Source of the DNA: Pristiophorus japonicus
Lineage: Eukaryota
DNA length: 64,000 nucleotides
Reading direction: 5' to 3'
Assembly: GCF_044704955.1 (NCBI RefSeq)
Contig: NC_091980.1
Location: 207,576,001 to 207,640,000, forward strand
The notes beneath the pieces are model-generated. The model saw nothing but the letters and a program-made list of their open reading frames with translations. It made no database searches and was not told the DNA's origin. A program made the translations under genes and the position numbers. Of the stretch, positions 12,166 to 25,935 are shown piece after piece (position 1 is the stretch's first letter; each line of letters opens with the position of its first letter).

Positions 12166-12397
12166 ACAAAACTTCTTATTTTTTTCCATGAGTGGCTTTT
12201 TCACACAGTAGAATTTTTTACCAATACTTTTTGTTTGTAGCTGCAATTGAATTTACAGCTATAAAGTGCCAAGGATGAGAGTTGCTTTGCGTGCTCCTAT
12301 AGCTCTACACGGTTTAGATGAGAAAAGCGATTTCATGAGGTGCAATAATACCTGAGGCATGATACCTTCAAATGTCAGTCCGGGCCCAACACTTCTT

Positions 12398-13105
12398 TTT
12401 AGGCAGTTCCCCGGAGTCGAGGATGACTTGCTTTCACACTAATATAAGTTCTGAGATGATTGATGAGTCCGATGCGGGATCTCCAGACTCTGTCATTGGT
12501 GGGGCAGATAGTGGTTGAAGGGACGGGTGGGTGGGGTCCTTCCGCTGCTTGTGCTTGGCTTCCGCGTGCTCCCGACGAAGAGACTCGAAGTGTTCGGCGC
12601 CTTCTCGGATGCTTCTCCTCCACTTTGAGCGGTCTTGGGCCAGGGATTCCCAAGAGTCAGTGGGGATGTTACATTTTTTCAAGGAGCTTTTGAGGGTGTC
12701 TTTGAAGTATTTTTTCTGTCATCCTGGGGCTCGCTTGCCATGGTGGAGCTCGGAGTAGAGCGCCTGTTTCAGGAGTCTTGTATCAGGCTTGCGGACAATG
12801 TGGCCCGTCCATCGGAGCTGGTTGAGTGTGATCAATGCCTTGATGCTGGGGATGTTGGCCTGAGAGAGAACATTGACGTTGATACGTCGATCCTTCCAAC
12901 ATATTTGCAGGATTTTGCGGAAGCAGCATTGGTGGTATTTCTCCAGTGCTTTGAGGTACCTACTGTACATTGTACATGTCTCTGTAGCATATAGGAGGAT
13001 GAGTATCATTACTGCTCTGTAAACTATGAGCTTGGTGCCTGGTTTGAGATCTTGGCCTTCAAACATTCTTTTCCTCAGACGACCGAAGGCTGCACTGGCA
13101 CACCT
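12398..13105 (-). mobile_element. RTE (BovB-like) LINE 3' fragment
   Basis: ASAAFGRLRKRMF..TKLIVYRAV..QLRWTGHIVR; same family as 58295..61615. Confidence 0.9.
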
Positions 13106-13556
13106 TTTTATGGATAAGCCCAACACTACTGCTTGGTCATAGTTCTGGAAACCTCTTTTCAACAGTTCTGCTTTACAGAAGAGGTTATCACTGAACTATG
13201 TCACCTGCTCCAGACCGACATACAGACAATATCTAGAATTGGGACAAATGACCACAATATTAAGCTTCTGTGAAAACAGATTCAATAAAGGACCTGCATG
13301 GAAAATCTGCCACTTCAGCTAGTTTGCCATGAAAATCTGTAAAAGCAATGGACAAACACAATGGGCCAGAATTTACGGTGTCTTTAACGGCATGCGCTCA
13401 GCGTACGCCATCATAATCCTTCTGTAAGGCCCCGCAAGTTTTGGGTTTCCGCATGCGCTGCACATGCGTGAAAACGTGGAACTTGCAATCTGTCAAGGTA
13501 CGCTGGCGCAGAGTTGGGATATTTGCCCAACAACTGCCCAGCAAATGCCCACAAAA

Positions 13557-14878
13557 CTCAACTATTTACAATCTATATTAATGATTTGGATGAAGGGACC
13601 AAATGTAATGTAGCCAAGTTTGCTGATGATACAAAGATGGGTGGGAAAGCAAATTGTGTGGAGGACACAAAAAGTCTGCAAAGGGATATAGACAGGCTAA
13701 GTGAGTGGGCAAAAATTTGGCAGATGGAGTATAATGTGGGAAAAATAGAAATGTAAATTATAATTTACATGGAGAAAAATTGCAAAGTGCTGCAGTATAT
13801 AGAGACCTGGGGGGCTTTGTGCATGAAACACAAAAGGTTAGTACGCAGGTACAGCAAGTAATCAGGAAGGCAAATGGAATGTTGGCCTTTATTGCAAGGG
13901 GGATGGAGTATAAAAGCAGAGAAGTCCTGCTACAACTGTACAGGGTATTGGTGAGGCTACACCTGGAGTACTGCGTACAGCTTTGGTCTCCATATTTAAG
14001 GAAGGATATACTTTCATTGGAGGCTGTTCAGAAAAGGTTCACTAGGGTGATTCCGGAGATGAGGAGGTTAGAAACATAGAAACATGGAAAATGGGTGCAG
14101 GAGTAGGCCATTCGGCCCTTTGAGCCTGCACCGCCATTCAATGAGTTCATGGCTGAACATGCAACTTCAGTACCCCATTCCTGCTTTCTCACCATACCCC
14201 TTGATCCCCCTAGTAGTAAGGACTACATCTAACTCCTTTTTGAATATATTTAGTGAATTGGCCTCAACAACTTTCTGTGGTAGAGAATTCCACAGGTTCA
14301 CCACTCTCTGGGTGAAGAAGTTTCTCCTCATCTCGGTCCTAAATGGCTTACCCCTTATCCTTAGACTGTGACCCCTGGTTCTGGACTTCCCCAACATTAA
14401 TAAGAACATAAGAACATAAGTCAACATAAGGTTGATTTATGAAGATTGAGTAGGTTGGGCCTATACACATTGGAGTTCAGAAGAATGAGAGATGATCTTA
14501 TTGAAACTTATAAGATAATGAGGGGGCTGGACATCATGGATGCAAAGAGGATATTTCCACTCATAGGGGAAACTATAAGTAGGGGACATAGTCTAAGAAT
14601 AAAGGCCGCCCATTTAAAACTGAGGTGAGGAGAAATTTCTTTTCTCAGAGGGTTGTAATTCTCTGCCCCAGAGAGCTGTGGAGGCTGGGTCATTGAATAT
14701 ATTTAAGGCAGAGATAGACAGATTTTTGAGCGATAAGAGAGAAAAGAGTTATGGGGAGCGGGCAAGGAAATGGAGCTGAGTCCATGATCAGATCAGCCAT
14801 GATCTTATTGAATGGTGGAACAGGCTCGAGGGGCCAAATGGCCTACTCCTGCTCCTATTTCTTATGTTCTTATGTTCT
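13557..14878 (+). mobile_element. CR1 RT/3' fragment (CATAAGAA-tail subfamily)
   Basis: LFTIYINDLD..KFADDTK..HLEYCVQLWSP; (TTCTTATG)n tail. Confidence 0.92.
14070..14428 (-). mobile_element. CR1 3' fragment (CATAGAAA-tail subfamily) nested antisense in the preceding CR1
   Basis: ORF 14167..14427; AGGTT duplicated at 14065-14069 and 14429-14433. Confidence 0.9.
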
Positions 14879-15439
14879 AAAAGCATGCAAAGGGCTAGCT
14901 TTCACCAGTGTTTTGGGTTGTTATAAATCTTAAATTAAAATGTTTTTAATAAAAAATGATGCACAAACACTTAACATTAGTTTATGCAATTATTGGCCGG
15001 ATTAAAATGTTTAAAATTATTTTTCAAAAAATTAATTTTTATTGTATTTGGTGTAATGAAGTAACTTTTAATTAAATTTGAAAATCAGAAGATTTATATT
15101 TATTAGAGTTGTCTAAATATTTGGGGATTCCATTGTATGTCATTTGGTGATTCTGTTCAGAAATGACAGCAATGGAACCCTCCTTTCTCATTGGAAGACC
15201 TGGCCCATGTGAACCCAAGGATGTTCCCGAACTGCCTGCGTCCCTGGGATACATGGGCATTTATGCAGGCATATGCCTGAAGGCCTAGAATGCAAACTCT
15301 TTGTAGCTTTGGCGCCTGGAGGGAAGTTCGGAAAGGTTTTGCGGGTTGGACGCGTACTCCGGAGATACGCCTTTGACTGAAAGGTCAGGGCCATTGTTTG
15401 CAAGGAACAATAACAGCAGGACTTTCACTATTGAAAGAA

Positions 15440-15843
15440 GGCAATGACTGAATAGGTACTGAGCTTTTACTGGGTGGCAGGGAATAGTAGATGATATCCA
15501 TGTGGGCATCAATGCTCCTGACATCAACCCATTGCTTACATTAACAAAAGGTTTCCACTTCAAATAATGTCCAGGCACAGAAATCTAATAATGCAAGAAA
15601 ATGTCCATTAGCCTGGAAGCATCCATGATACCCTCATCCTGGGTCAAACACAATGCCTGCAGCACTTGAAGGCCCAGATAGACTAAGTGAATATAAAGCT
15701 ACTGTGAGCCATGGCTAATGACCCCACTCCGAAAAACAGCAGAACTAAAATACAAAGAGAAGCATGTCTCCACCAGAATGACTGTAGAGCATACCTTTGC
15801 AATGCTCACAGTCTGCTGCATGCTGTGTAACTTTACAATATAA
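15440..15843 (+). pseudogene. degraded Harbinger (HARBI1-like DDE) transposase
   Basis: Manual translation: QGIVDDIHVGINAP, PGSIHDTLIL, PWLMTPLRKTAELKYKEKHVSTRMTVEHTFAML..VCCMLCNF. Confidence 0.75.
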
Positions 15844-16647
15844 CCAGGATTAAGCATGTAGCAAGAGACTAAGATGCAGAGGAAGAGGGGAGGAAAAGGA
15901 TCAGGCAGAGATACAGCCCGGTAGATTGGTGTGACTTCCAATAATTCCTACATCCAACCTCTGCACAAGTATTCCTGATGAATCATACACCACACAGTGT
16001 TGCATAAATAGCGTGCTAAACATTCCCATCTGCTGCAGCTCTACTGCCATTTTACACCATCTTTACATGGCCCTTCCCAACAAAACTCTCCAGATGAAGG
16101 AAACTTTCATTCGGTGAAACTTTCGTAAGGAAGTGCTTCTAATGCCTGCCATCATGCCTCCTTCCCCCTGAGGAACTCAATTAATTCTGCTTCTACTTTC
16201 TAACATGGTGCTTCCTCAATGGAAGAAGCAAGTGTGGTGGAGACTGCTGCTGTTCAGCACAGACCTCAAGGGCTGCAAGTTGCAGGGATTGGGGGACTTT
16301 CCCCTTACTATGCTGAGGCTATCACAAAGCGCCACCTGGCGGTTTGAGGGAGCGGCAGGAACAGGAGCAGTTGGGAGGGAAATGGACCAATAACCTGGAC
16401 CATGCTGGCATTTGAGTGGTGGAAAGGAGCAGCTAGTGGTGGTTCTGACAGGAGAGGGGGGTGGGGGGAATTGAAGTCAGGGCAGGCTCTTAGATATATA
16501 GTGGTGATCTCAGTCAGGGGACCAGTGGAGGTTGTCCAAGAATTTCTCAGTGCCCGTGAGCTAAGATGGGGAAAATGAACCAGTGTTCCTATAACCTGAT
16601 CGCTATCCAGTGATACCTGCTGGATACTCAATGTGCATAGACTTCAA

Positions 16648-17203
16648 GGTGTAGGAATTGGTATACACTGCGCCTAGTTTTTGGGTGTAAAATGGGCGCA
16701 AAGCATACCAATTTAGCAATGGGATGGCCTGCGCCCACTCAGCAAAGGCATTAGTCCCACTGCTAAATTTCTGAGGACCAGCTGGGTGCCTAAAACAGGT
16801 TATGTATGTAATTGAGGGGTTAATGCTTATTTAAGGATCCCTTTATAAAATTAGCTATCGATGATCAGGATAGGCGTTGGATCTGTCCTTCTTTGGATTC
16901 TCCAGCGGCTCCACGCTCACCAACCAAAGGCAAGTGGTGGGTATTTTTTTTTAATTCAATTTTCTGTGGAGCAGGAAGAGCAGAAGTGCTCCCTCCTACT
17001 GTCCATTGCCCTCTCCCCCACTTCGCCCATTGCCTGATCCAAACCCCCTTCACAGAACTTACTTGCTGTGGTCCAATATAATTCTTTCTCATAGGCGAGC
17101 ACCCCAAAGAATTCCGGGACAGCCTCGGGTCTCTCAGTTCCAGCGCACCCTCTCACGCAGTCGAGTCTGTGCCCGAACTCAAGACCAGGCTAATTTCTAC
17201 CCC
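16648..17203. mobile_element. Harbinger-type MITE (degraded)
   Basis: Imperfect TIR GGTGTAGGAATTG vs CTAATTTCTACCCC; GC-rich non-coding interior. Confidence 0.45.
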
Positions 17204-17904
17204 CAGATGAGAACAGGATCAGGTTTCACCCTGTCAGATACCCAGTCAATGCTCAGCTGTCTAGACTCACATATGAAGTACTGGCCACTTTGGCGATAAA
17301 TCAACCAGCACTTGTGAAACAATTACAGTAAGAATTAAAGCCTTCAGGATAAGAGGGAAGAAGAAAATTGATTATGAAAACATTTCATCTACCCACCTCT
17401 TCTGAAGCACTCTGCTGTGTGGTATTCAATTGAATTAGATTGGAAGTGGATGCGTTATATTGATGGTAGGCACAGAGATAGTTGCAAATCATGCTGTTAG
17501 CTGCAATTGAGCACTGCAAAGGTATTCTGTGCACATGCTGAACAAGAGTTGTCTTCTTTGTTTGAGATGTGCTCAACAACTAACTAACTGAGTGGTTTGT
17601 AACTAAAGGGCCAAACATACTGCAGGTACCTGAACAGTGAGGTGTGGAGCTGGCACACATGGGCCGGAATTCTCACTACCTGGGCGGGTCCCGTGCGGGC
17701 GGCCACCATGATTTATCGCAAGCCTTTTGCTGGTTCCATCCCTCTCCACAAAATTACTTTACGTTAATAGGGCCTATTCAGTCCACCCAGCAATTTAACT
17801 GGCTCATTTAAATGGTGCGGGCCTGGTGAAGTCATCAATGACACATTTTCAGCTGAGATATTTAAAGGAGCCATGGCCACATTGCATTTGGAGGTTCATC
17901 TAGG

Positions 17905-19659
17905 AGGTCCTCTTCTCTGCTGATGGCCGAAAGAGACGTCCCCAGCAGACTAAGACAGCACGGCTCCAAATTGCAGAGGAAGTGAATAGCAGGGATGTTG
18001 TCTGGAGGACCTGGTGCAATGCTGCAACTATTTCAATTACCTTGCTAGGTCAGGAAAGGTAAGTCCAAAGCCACACTCATCGTCACCCTGTTGTGCCTCT
18101 CATCACATCCCCATCACCCTGCCTTCCCAACTCTACATCTGCACATCCTTACTCACACCAACATACCTTGCACCTCCACCCACCCCTCTCTCTCTTGCTA
18201 CATTATCACATCCCCGTCTTACTAGTCACCCCTCACACTCACCCTCATCCTAGTACAATCATACCAACTAACAACATACAAGGAGGCTACTTGGAATTGC
18301 CCCAACACTCCATCATAGTCACCCTCTACAGATATAACCCACCCATTTCTTTCACACATTCCATCATTCTAACTCAACCTTCTCCTCTTTCCCTCCTTAC
18401 AAGTAAAGAGAGCCCACAATAAGAGGGAGAGGGAGAGATCTGGCGGTGGAATGGTATCAATGGCCACCCTGACCATAGCAGAGGATGCTGCCTCAGAGCT
18501 GTTGGGTGTCGTCAAGCACCTGGAGGTGGGCGACGGAGAGAGGGGAACATCTCAGCAACCTGGTGCCAGAATTACATCTCATACAGCTACATGTCATACA
18601 GCAGTCACTCATATGGGGATTGATGTCAGCAGCCAGTGAATGTTCATCATGTGCATAATGGTATGTGCACCGAATCTATATATGACATATCTAACTCATC
18701 TCTTTACTCTCCCACAGGTCCATCAAGAGCCCCCCCCCCACCCCCCACTGTCCCGCAGCAAGAGCAAGACGACTGCTCAGAGGAGCCTCCAGCCTCTGAG
18801 GGTGCACCGTCACCAGACATAAGCACCCAGCACCAGCGCTGTGATGCACACCTCGGTGGGCCCCGTGTGACTATAGAGTAGTATTGTCACCTGGTCTGTC
18901 ACAGGTCATAAGTGAGCAAGAGCAGATGGTGGAGACAGGGACAGCAGTGGAGACTCCTCGCCAGAGGGTGCAGGACACACTCAGCTCTGCTCAGCTGCAA
19001 CAGACGCTGAGCCTCGGGGCCATCCACAAAGAGGGCGATCTTGGAGCTGCAGGAACAAGTGTAGGAGGAGCTGACAGGTTTTGTGAGTGCGATGTCTGCA
19101 AGTGTCCAGAGAATGCAGGAGTCCATCTCCAACATGAGCACCACCGTGTCGCAGGCGATGGCGACTGTAGGCTCTTCCGTGGAAAGGATGGCCATTCACA
19201 GGAGCACATGGTGTCTATGGAGGATAGACGGCAGAGGCTCATAGACCTGCTCTCTATGAGGGATGTAATTATAGACGTGGGTCTTTATGGCCCCACTGAT
19301 GTGCAGCAAGATGCTCACCAGCTCTTTGCTAGCAGGGGAATTGCGGGTGGCCCATGAGAGGGATCAATATGAGAGGGGACATGGAAGTGGTGACTCCTCT
19401 CAAAGCAAGCACACTTCTCCTCTGTTGCCGCCCCCCTCAGTCAGAGCCCAGATGTCTCTCCAGACAGGGAAGGCTGAATCTGCCCCTGCACAGTCGCAGG
19501 AGGAGCAGACTTTGCGGGGCATCACAAACTCCGAAACCCAGAGGACGACTGTCTAAGCAGGCGCAGCAGGGAAGTGAGGAGGCTGCCTCTCCCTCTGCTG
19601 ACGTCACAGGGGTAGCACCTCATAGAAGCACGCGTAAGAGAAAGATAACACACAAGTAG
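17905..19659 (+). pseudogene. Harbinger Myb/SANT DNA-binding protein (multi-exon, degraded)
   Basis: VQCCNYFNYLARSGK|GTAAGT (donor 18059); second exon KRAHNKRERERSGGG; basic C-terminus PHRSTRKRK. Confidence 0.75.
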
Positions 19660-19989
19660 ATTCATAAGGGTAACCACTTGAGTGTTTTATTCAATGTTAA
19701 TGTGAAGTTTCAGTTAATGTCATGTGAACCATAAATTTCTTTATTTTTAAAACTTTCCGGTCTTGGATGAATTTGTGTGCACCTTTGGAAGTGGCTTAGT
19801 GAGTTGGATTGAAGGATCAGATATAATGTTACCTCCAGCAATGGTGGTGACTATGAATGGAATGTAGGGATGTTTAATGTTGCGGCTGTAGGGTGATACC
19901 AACCTGACGAAGCATATGGCAGCCATATGGGTAGACTGCATAAATTTAAGTAAATCTAGCCATGGTGAGGCCATCGTTGGCCTCACGGA

Positions 19990-21100
19990 CAACAAAGTGC
20001 TCACGTGCTGGTGCCATCTGCACCACAGGTTCCTCTATCCTGCTCCTCCTCATCTTCCAGATGATGCCCCTTCTCCTCCGAAGAGGCTGTGCGCTCAGAG
20101 GCTTGTGCCTCATGCAGCGTTAATCCGCGCTGCTGCGCTGTGTTGTACAGCGCCCAGCAGACCACGATGATTCTGTATACCCTGGCTGCTGCGTACTGAA
20201 GGGCTCTTCCAGATCTGTCAAGGCAAATGAAGCGCATTTTCAGCATGCTGATTGTCTGCTCTATGACAATCTGGTAGAAATGTGGCTTTCATTATATCTC
20301 TCCTCGGCCTCAGTACCTGGCCTCCTCCACAGTGTCCTGAGCCCTTGTCTCCAAGCAGCCCACTGGAAAGTCTGTTTGGAGGAGCGAAGAGCTGAGGGAG
20401 GGTGGACTGACAAAGGACGAACGAGTCATGACAGCTGCCAGGAAATTTGGTACACACATGCATGATGATCTTCCTATGGTTGCAGACCAGCTGCACATTG
20501 AGGGAGTGGAAGCCCTTGCAGTTGGCAAAGACTCCTGGATGATTGGGGTGCCCTGATGGCCACATGTCTGCAGTCGATGATGTCCTGCACCCATGGGAAG
20601 CCAGCCAGAGTGGGAAAGCCGAGCGGCCACTCAGTAACACTGGCTTCATGAGTGGCAAAATTGATATAATTGGCTGACTTGTGAAACATGACATCAGTGA
20701 CCTGTGTGATGCATCTGTGGGCAACCGACTGCGAGATGCCACAAATGTCTGCTGCAAATCCCTGGAAGGAGCCTGATGCGAAGAAGTTGAGGGCACTGGT
20801 GACTTTGACAGCCACTGGTAAGGCATGTCCACTTCCTCTGGGCTGCAGGTCTTGCTCCAACAATCTGCAAATGTCTGCGACGATTTGGCGCAATAGCCTA
20901 AGCCTCCTTTGGCACTGCTGCTTAGTCATGTTGAGGAAGGCCATCCTCTGCTTGAATACCCGGTGTTGGGGGTATCACCTCTGGCATGGTGCAGCCCTGC
21001 GCTGATGCCCTCTGTCCTGTAGAGCAGCAGGTGATTGCGGAGAAGGTTGGTGTTGTTGTTGATGCTGCTGGTGTGCCTGGTGCTGCTGGTGTTGGGTCTC
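19990..21100 (-). pseudogene. Harbinger DDE transposase (HARBI1-like), frameshifted
   Basis: [72 protein letters not shown]. Confidence 0.92.
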
Positions 21101-22144
21101 ATCATAGTCAGTTTCTGAGGACCAAGGTGAAACAGTATAAATGGCACTCATGCCAATAGAATAGATGACAGGTCAAGTAGATTTGACAGAAGCAATCTGT
21201 CAGTGATGAGCGAGATTTTTCCAATGAGGTAAGACTGGATGGAGACTTGACTGGAAAGACTTGCAGCTTGTAGAAAGCTAAGTCTGTGCTGGGAATGCAG
21301 TCGGAATAGTTTCTGCCTGAGGAAAATGATCAACTGTCAGGTGTGAGCTTTTAGAATACATTTGATGCCGTCAACTGATCAGCTGGAGCAATAACCACTC
21401 AACTCCCGGCTCAGGCTGACAAAAGTGGTTCCTAAGATGCGTGGCTCCCCCGGCCATGCAGGGAAATTTGAAATGCAGGGGGAAAAGAACTCTTAACTGT
21501 CTGACAAGTTTATAATGATTTCAATTAGGTGGCCCACCTCTGCCGGTCGGGTCACTGCCGCACTGGCAAACGTGCCTGAGGGAAAAGCGCTTGGGGGCGG
21601 GATGATAACGGGTTCCCAACCCGTTCCGACTTTTTTCAAATTTCCCAACCGATCCGCCTCTGATTGCACCCACACAGAAAATTCCGACCCTAGTTTACAA
21701 TGCTAACTTTTGCATCATGTCTGAGAAAAGAGCTTTGCAGATGCTCACCGAGGTCCGAATACCAGTTATATTTTTAGCGCTGCAAAAGACTGATGGGACC
21801 ATCCGCTCTATGGTGACATTTTAAAGATACAGAATTAAATTAAAATGTCTCCAAGGTGCTCTGGTGGACTTTAACCAGCATGAAGTTCAAGCAGCGTGAG
21901 ACTGACTCCAACGGATGGTCTAGCAACTTGTCTTTAATACAATGTCTGACGCGGACTGGCCATATGGGAAACCGGGAGATTTCCAATATATTGCAGGGAG
22001 TGGTTGCACAGAGCTGCATTGACAGCCTCCCACATCCCACACCCCTGTAAAATGTTCGAGCAAATCCCTGACCTGACTCCTGATTTACGGTGCTGGCTTT
22101 GTAACAATGAACTTTTGAGTTCACGAGCCTCCTATCCTCCCTTA

Positions 22145-23668
22145 GGGCCCAAGTTTCCACAAGAAAAAAAACGGGCGCCCCTCCGAGCTGGGCGCCCGTT
22201 TTTCGCGCCTAAAACGGCGCCAAAAAAAATCCTCGGTATTCTCCACCTACTTACAGGTCCTCTGGCCCTCGGCACAGCCAGCACGAGCTGTGGGGGGGCG
22301 GAGCCAGGTCCCTGCGCTGAAAACAGTGCCGGGACCTCTGCACATGCACGCTACAGTCGGCACGCAAGTGCAGTAGCTCCAGGCGCCGAACTGTGTGGGA
22401 GGAGCCCGAAGCACGCAGCCCCTAGCCCTGGCTGAATGGCCTCACTGGGGCTGCGTGAATAAGGCTCCTCCCACGGCCAGCTCCTGCTCCCCGCCCCCGA
22501 CAAGACCTGACACCCGCTCCCCCCCCCCCCCGCCGACCAGACCCGACACCCGCTCCCCCCCCCCGCCCCAACCCGAGACCCGACACCCGCTCCCCCCCCC
22601 CCCGACTGACCCGACCCGACCCGCGCTCCTGTTTCCCGACCCGACCTGCCCGCCCCCCCACTGGACCCGACTCCCGATTCCCGGACTGGATCCGATCCGA
22701 CCTGACCTCTCCCTTCCCAACCAGCCCCCCCTCTNNNNNNNNNNNNNNNNNNNNNNNNNNNNNNNNNNNNNNNNNNNNNNNNNNNNNNNNNNNNNNNNNN
22801 NNNNNNNNNNNNNNNNNNNNNNNNNNNNNNNNNNNNNNNNNNNNNNNNNNNNNNNNNNNNNNNNNNNNNNNNNNNNNNNNNNNNNNNNNNNNNNNNNNNN
22901 NNNNNNNNNNNNNNNNNNNNNNNNNNNNNNNNNNNNNNNNNNNNNNNNNNNNNNNNNNNNNNNNNNNNNNNNNNNNNNNNNNNNNNNNNNNNNNNNNNNN
23001 NNNNNNNNNNNNNNNNNNNNNNNNNNNNNNNNNNNNNNNNNNNNNNNNNNNNNNNNNNNNNNNNNNNNNNNNNNNNNNNNNNNNNNNNNNNNNTCCCTCC
23101 CCCCCACCCCTCTCCCTCCCGCCCCCCCTCTCTCTCTCTCTCTCTCCCCCTCCCGCTCAGCGGCACGAACGGCTGCAGAATTCTCCCTGGCTGAAGCACT
23201 TTCACACAGGTAGGAAGATGGTTTATTTAATCTTTTCTTGGCTTATAAATGTTTATTCAGGTTGGATTTATTTGTATAATATTTGTAGAAGTATAAATAA
23301 GGATTTATTGTCGAATTTAATGAGTTCCCTTTCCCCCCCCCTCCCCCCCACCTCGTTCTGGACGCCTAATTTGTAACCTGCGCCTGATTTTTTAATGTGT
23401 AGAACAGGTTTTTTCAGTTCTACAAAATTCTTCACTGGCTCCATTCTACTTTAGTTTGGAGTACATTTTCACTGTGGAAACTTTCAAATCAGGCGTCAGT
23501 GGCCGGACAAGCCCCCTTTGGAAGAAAAAATTCTGTTCTAAACTAGAACTGTTCTACCTGACTAGAACTGCAGAAAAACAAATGTGGAGAATTGCGATTT
23601 CTAAAATAGTCCGTTCTCCACCAGTTGCTCCTAAAAATCAGACGCGAATCATGTGAAAAGTTGGGCCC
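22145..23668. mobile_element. Harbinger-type non-autonomous element, family A copy 1
   Basis: TIR GGGCCCAAGTTT vs AAAGTTGGGCCC; TTA/ATA flanks; highly similar to 29712..31523. Confidence 0.88.
22735..23093. other. assembly gap (359 N)
   Basis: Run of N flanked by C-rich low-complexity sequence. Confidence 0.99.
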
Positions 23669-24648
23669 ATAATCTCTCCTTCCATGTGAACTCCCCAATC
23701 CATATTCATGGCCACCCTCTCGACCTTGCCATCTCTCGTGGCTTCGCTATTCCCACCGTGTCCACCACAGATAAGGCCATCTCTGACCATTTCCTTGTAT
23801 CACTCTCCACCCACATCCCCCTCCCAACCACCCACTCCCTTCCCCAACCCTTCCTCCTTCTGTGTCCGCTCCTGGAAAAAACTCTCTTACAACTGCACTT
23901 ATCAACTCCAAACTGTCCAGTCTTTGGCCTTCCTTTCACCATGACATTTCTGCAGCCACCAATCTGCTCAACCACACCCTCACCATCATCTTTTATGCCC
24001 CAGTCCCTATTAAAACCATAACTCTCTCTCACGCTGGTCGTTCTCTCTGGTACAACCCTCATCTTCGCTCCCTCAAGTCCAAGGGGCACAGACTTGAACG
24101 GATGTGGCAGATAACTGGTTTAGCCATTCACCGCCAGACCTGGCTGGACCACATAAAGCAGTGTCAGTTCCTACACTTGTCTACAAAAACTGCTCACTAT
24201 TCCAGGATCATTCTGGAATGCAACAATAACACCCGGCTACTATTCTCTCTTGCAAACCGCCGCCTTAAACCTCTCTCCCCTGTCTCCACCACACTCATCT
24301 CCAACAAGAAGTGTAAGGAGTTCCTGAACTTCTTTGTCTCAAAGATTGAGACCATCTGATCAGCTGCCTCTGCGAGTTCCCTTTCTTCCCCTAGCCCACT
24401 GGGCCAAACTTCCTCTGAGGTTCCCCCCTGCCCTAGCCCTAAACTCACATTTTTCTCTAGCTTCTCTCTGATCTCCCCTCTTGACCATGAGACCCACTTC
24501 CTGCTCCCTTGACTGTATACTAAACTGCTGACCACCCAACTTCCTTTTCTGGCTCCCATGTTAACTGGCAATGTTAATGGTTCTCTCTCCTCAGGCACTG
24601 TCCCTCTCCTCCAGATCTGCCGTTATCACCCCTCTCCTCCAAACACTA

Positions 24649-25935
24649 ACATAGAAACATAGAAACATAGAAAATAGGTGCAGGAGCAGGCCATTCAGCC
24701 CTTCTAGCCTGCACCGCCATTCAATGAGTTCATGGCTGAACATGAAACTTCAGTACCCCCTTCCTGCTTTCTCGCCATAACCCTTGATCCCCCGAGTAGT
24801 AAGGACTTCATCTAACTCCCTTTTGAATATATTTAGTGAATTGGCCTCAACTACTTTCTGTGGTAGAGAATTCCACAGGTTCACCACTCTCTGGGTGAAG
24901 AAGTTTCTCCTCATCTCGGTCCTAAATGGCTTACCCCTTATCCTCAGACTGTGACCCCTGGTTCTGGACTTCCCCAACATTGGGAACATTCTTCCTGCAT
25001 CTAACCTGTCTAAACCCGTCAGAATTTTAAACGTTTCCATGAGGTCCCCTCTCATTCTTCTGAACTCCAGTGAATACAAGCCCAGTTGATCCAGTCTTTC
25101 TTGATAGGTCAGTCCCGCCATCCCAGGAATCAGTCTGGTGAATCTTCGCTGCACTCCCTCAATAGCAAGAATGTCCTTCCTCAAGTTAGGAGACCAAAAC
25201 TGTACACAATACTCCAGGTGTGGCCTCACCAAGGCCCTGTACAACTGTAGCAACACCTCCCTGCCCCTGTACTCAAATCCCCTCGCTATAAAGGCCAACA
25301 TGCCATTTGCTTTCTTAACCGCCTGCTGTACCTGCATGCTAACCTTCAATGACTGATGTACCATGACACCCAGGTCTCGTTGCACCTCCCCTTTTCCTAA
25401 TCTGACACCATTCAGATAATAGTCTGTCTCTCTGTTTTTACCACCAAAGTGGATAACCTCACATTTATCCACATTATACTTCATCTGCCATGCATTTGCC
25501 CACTCACCTAACCTATCCAAGTCACTCTGCAGCCTCATAGCATCCTCCTCGCAGCTCACACTGTCACCCAACTTAGTGTCATCTGCAAATTTGGAGATAC
25601 TACATTTAATCCCCTCGTCTAAATCATTAATGTACAATGTAAACAGCTGGGGCCCCAGCACAGAACCTTGCGGCACCCCACTAGTCACTGCCTGCCATTC
25701 TGAAAAGTCCCCATTTACTCCTACTCTTTGCTTCCTGTCTGACAACCAGTTCTCAATCCACGTCAGCACACTACCCCCAATCCCATGTGCTTTAACTTTG
25801 CACATTAATCTCTTGTGTGGGACCTTGTCGAAAGCCTTCTGAAAGTCCAAATATACCACATCAATTGGTTCTCCCTTGTCCACTCTACTGGAAACATCCT
25901 CAAAAAATTCCAGAAGATTTGTCAAACATGATCCC
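24649..25935 (-). mobile_element. young 5'-truncated CR1 inserted in L2
   Basis: (CATAGAAA)n tail at about 24650-24673; L2 reading continues across the insertion. Confidence 0.95.

Larger units (their letters stand above)
13363..15392. mobile_element. Harbinger-type MITE interrupted by CR1
   Basis: Starts GGGCCAGAATTT; sequence on both sides of the CR1 (13430-13556 and 14879-15390) is colinear with the related element at about 36570-37246. Confidence 0.55.
17661..21690. mobile_element. full-length degenerate PIF/Harbinger transposon (~4.0 kb) with convergent Myb/SANT and transposase genes
   Basis: TIR GGGCCGGAATTCTC vs GAAAATTCCGACCC (12/14); Myb gene on +, DDE transposase on -. Confidence 0.85.

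Noticed and set aside
19990-21100. Host HARBI1 gene
   Set aside because: Frameshifted and enclosed by TIRs with a Myb partner, so it is a transposon copy rather than the domesticated gene
22351-23213. Long ORFs of 221-284 aa
   Set aside because: They run through the N gap and C-rich minisatellite; artefacts
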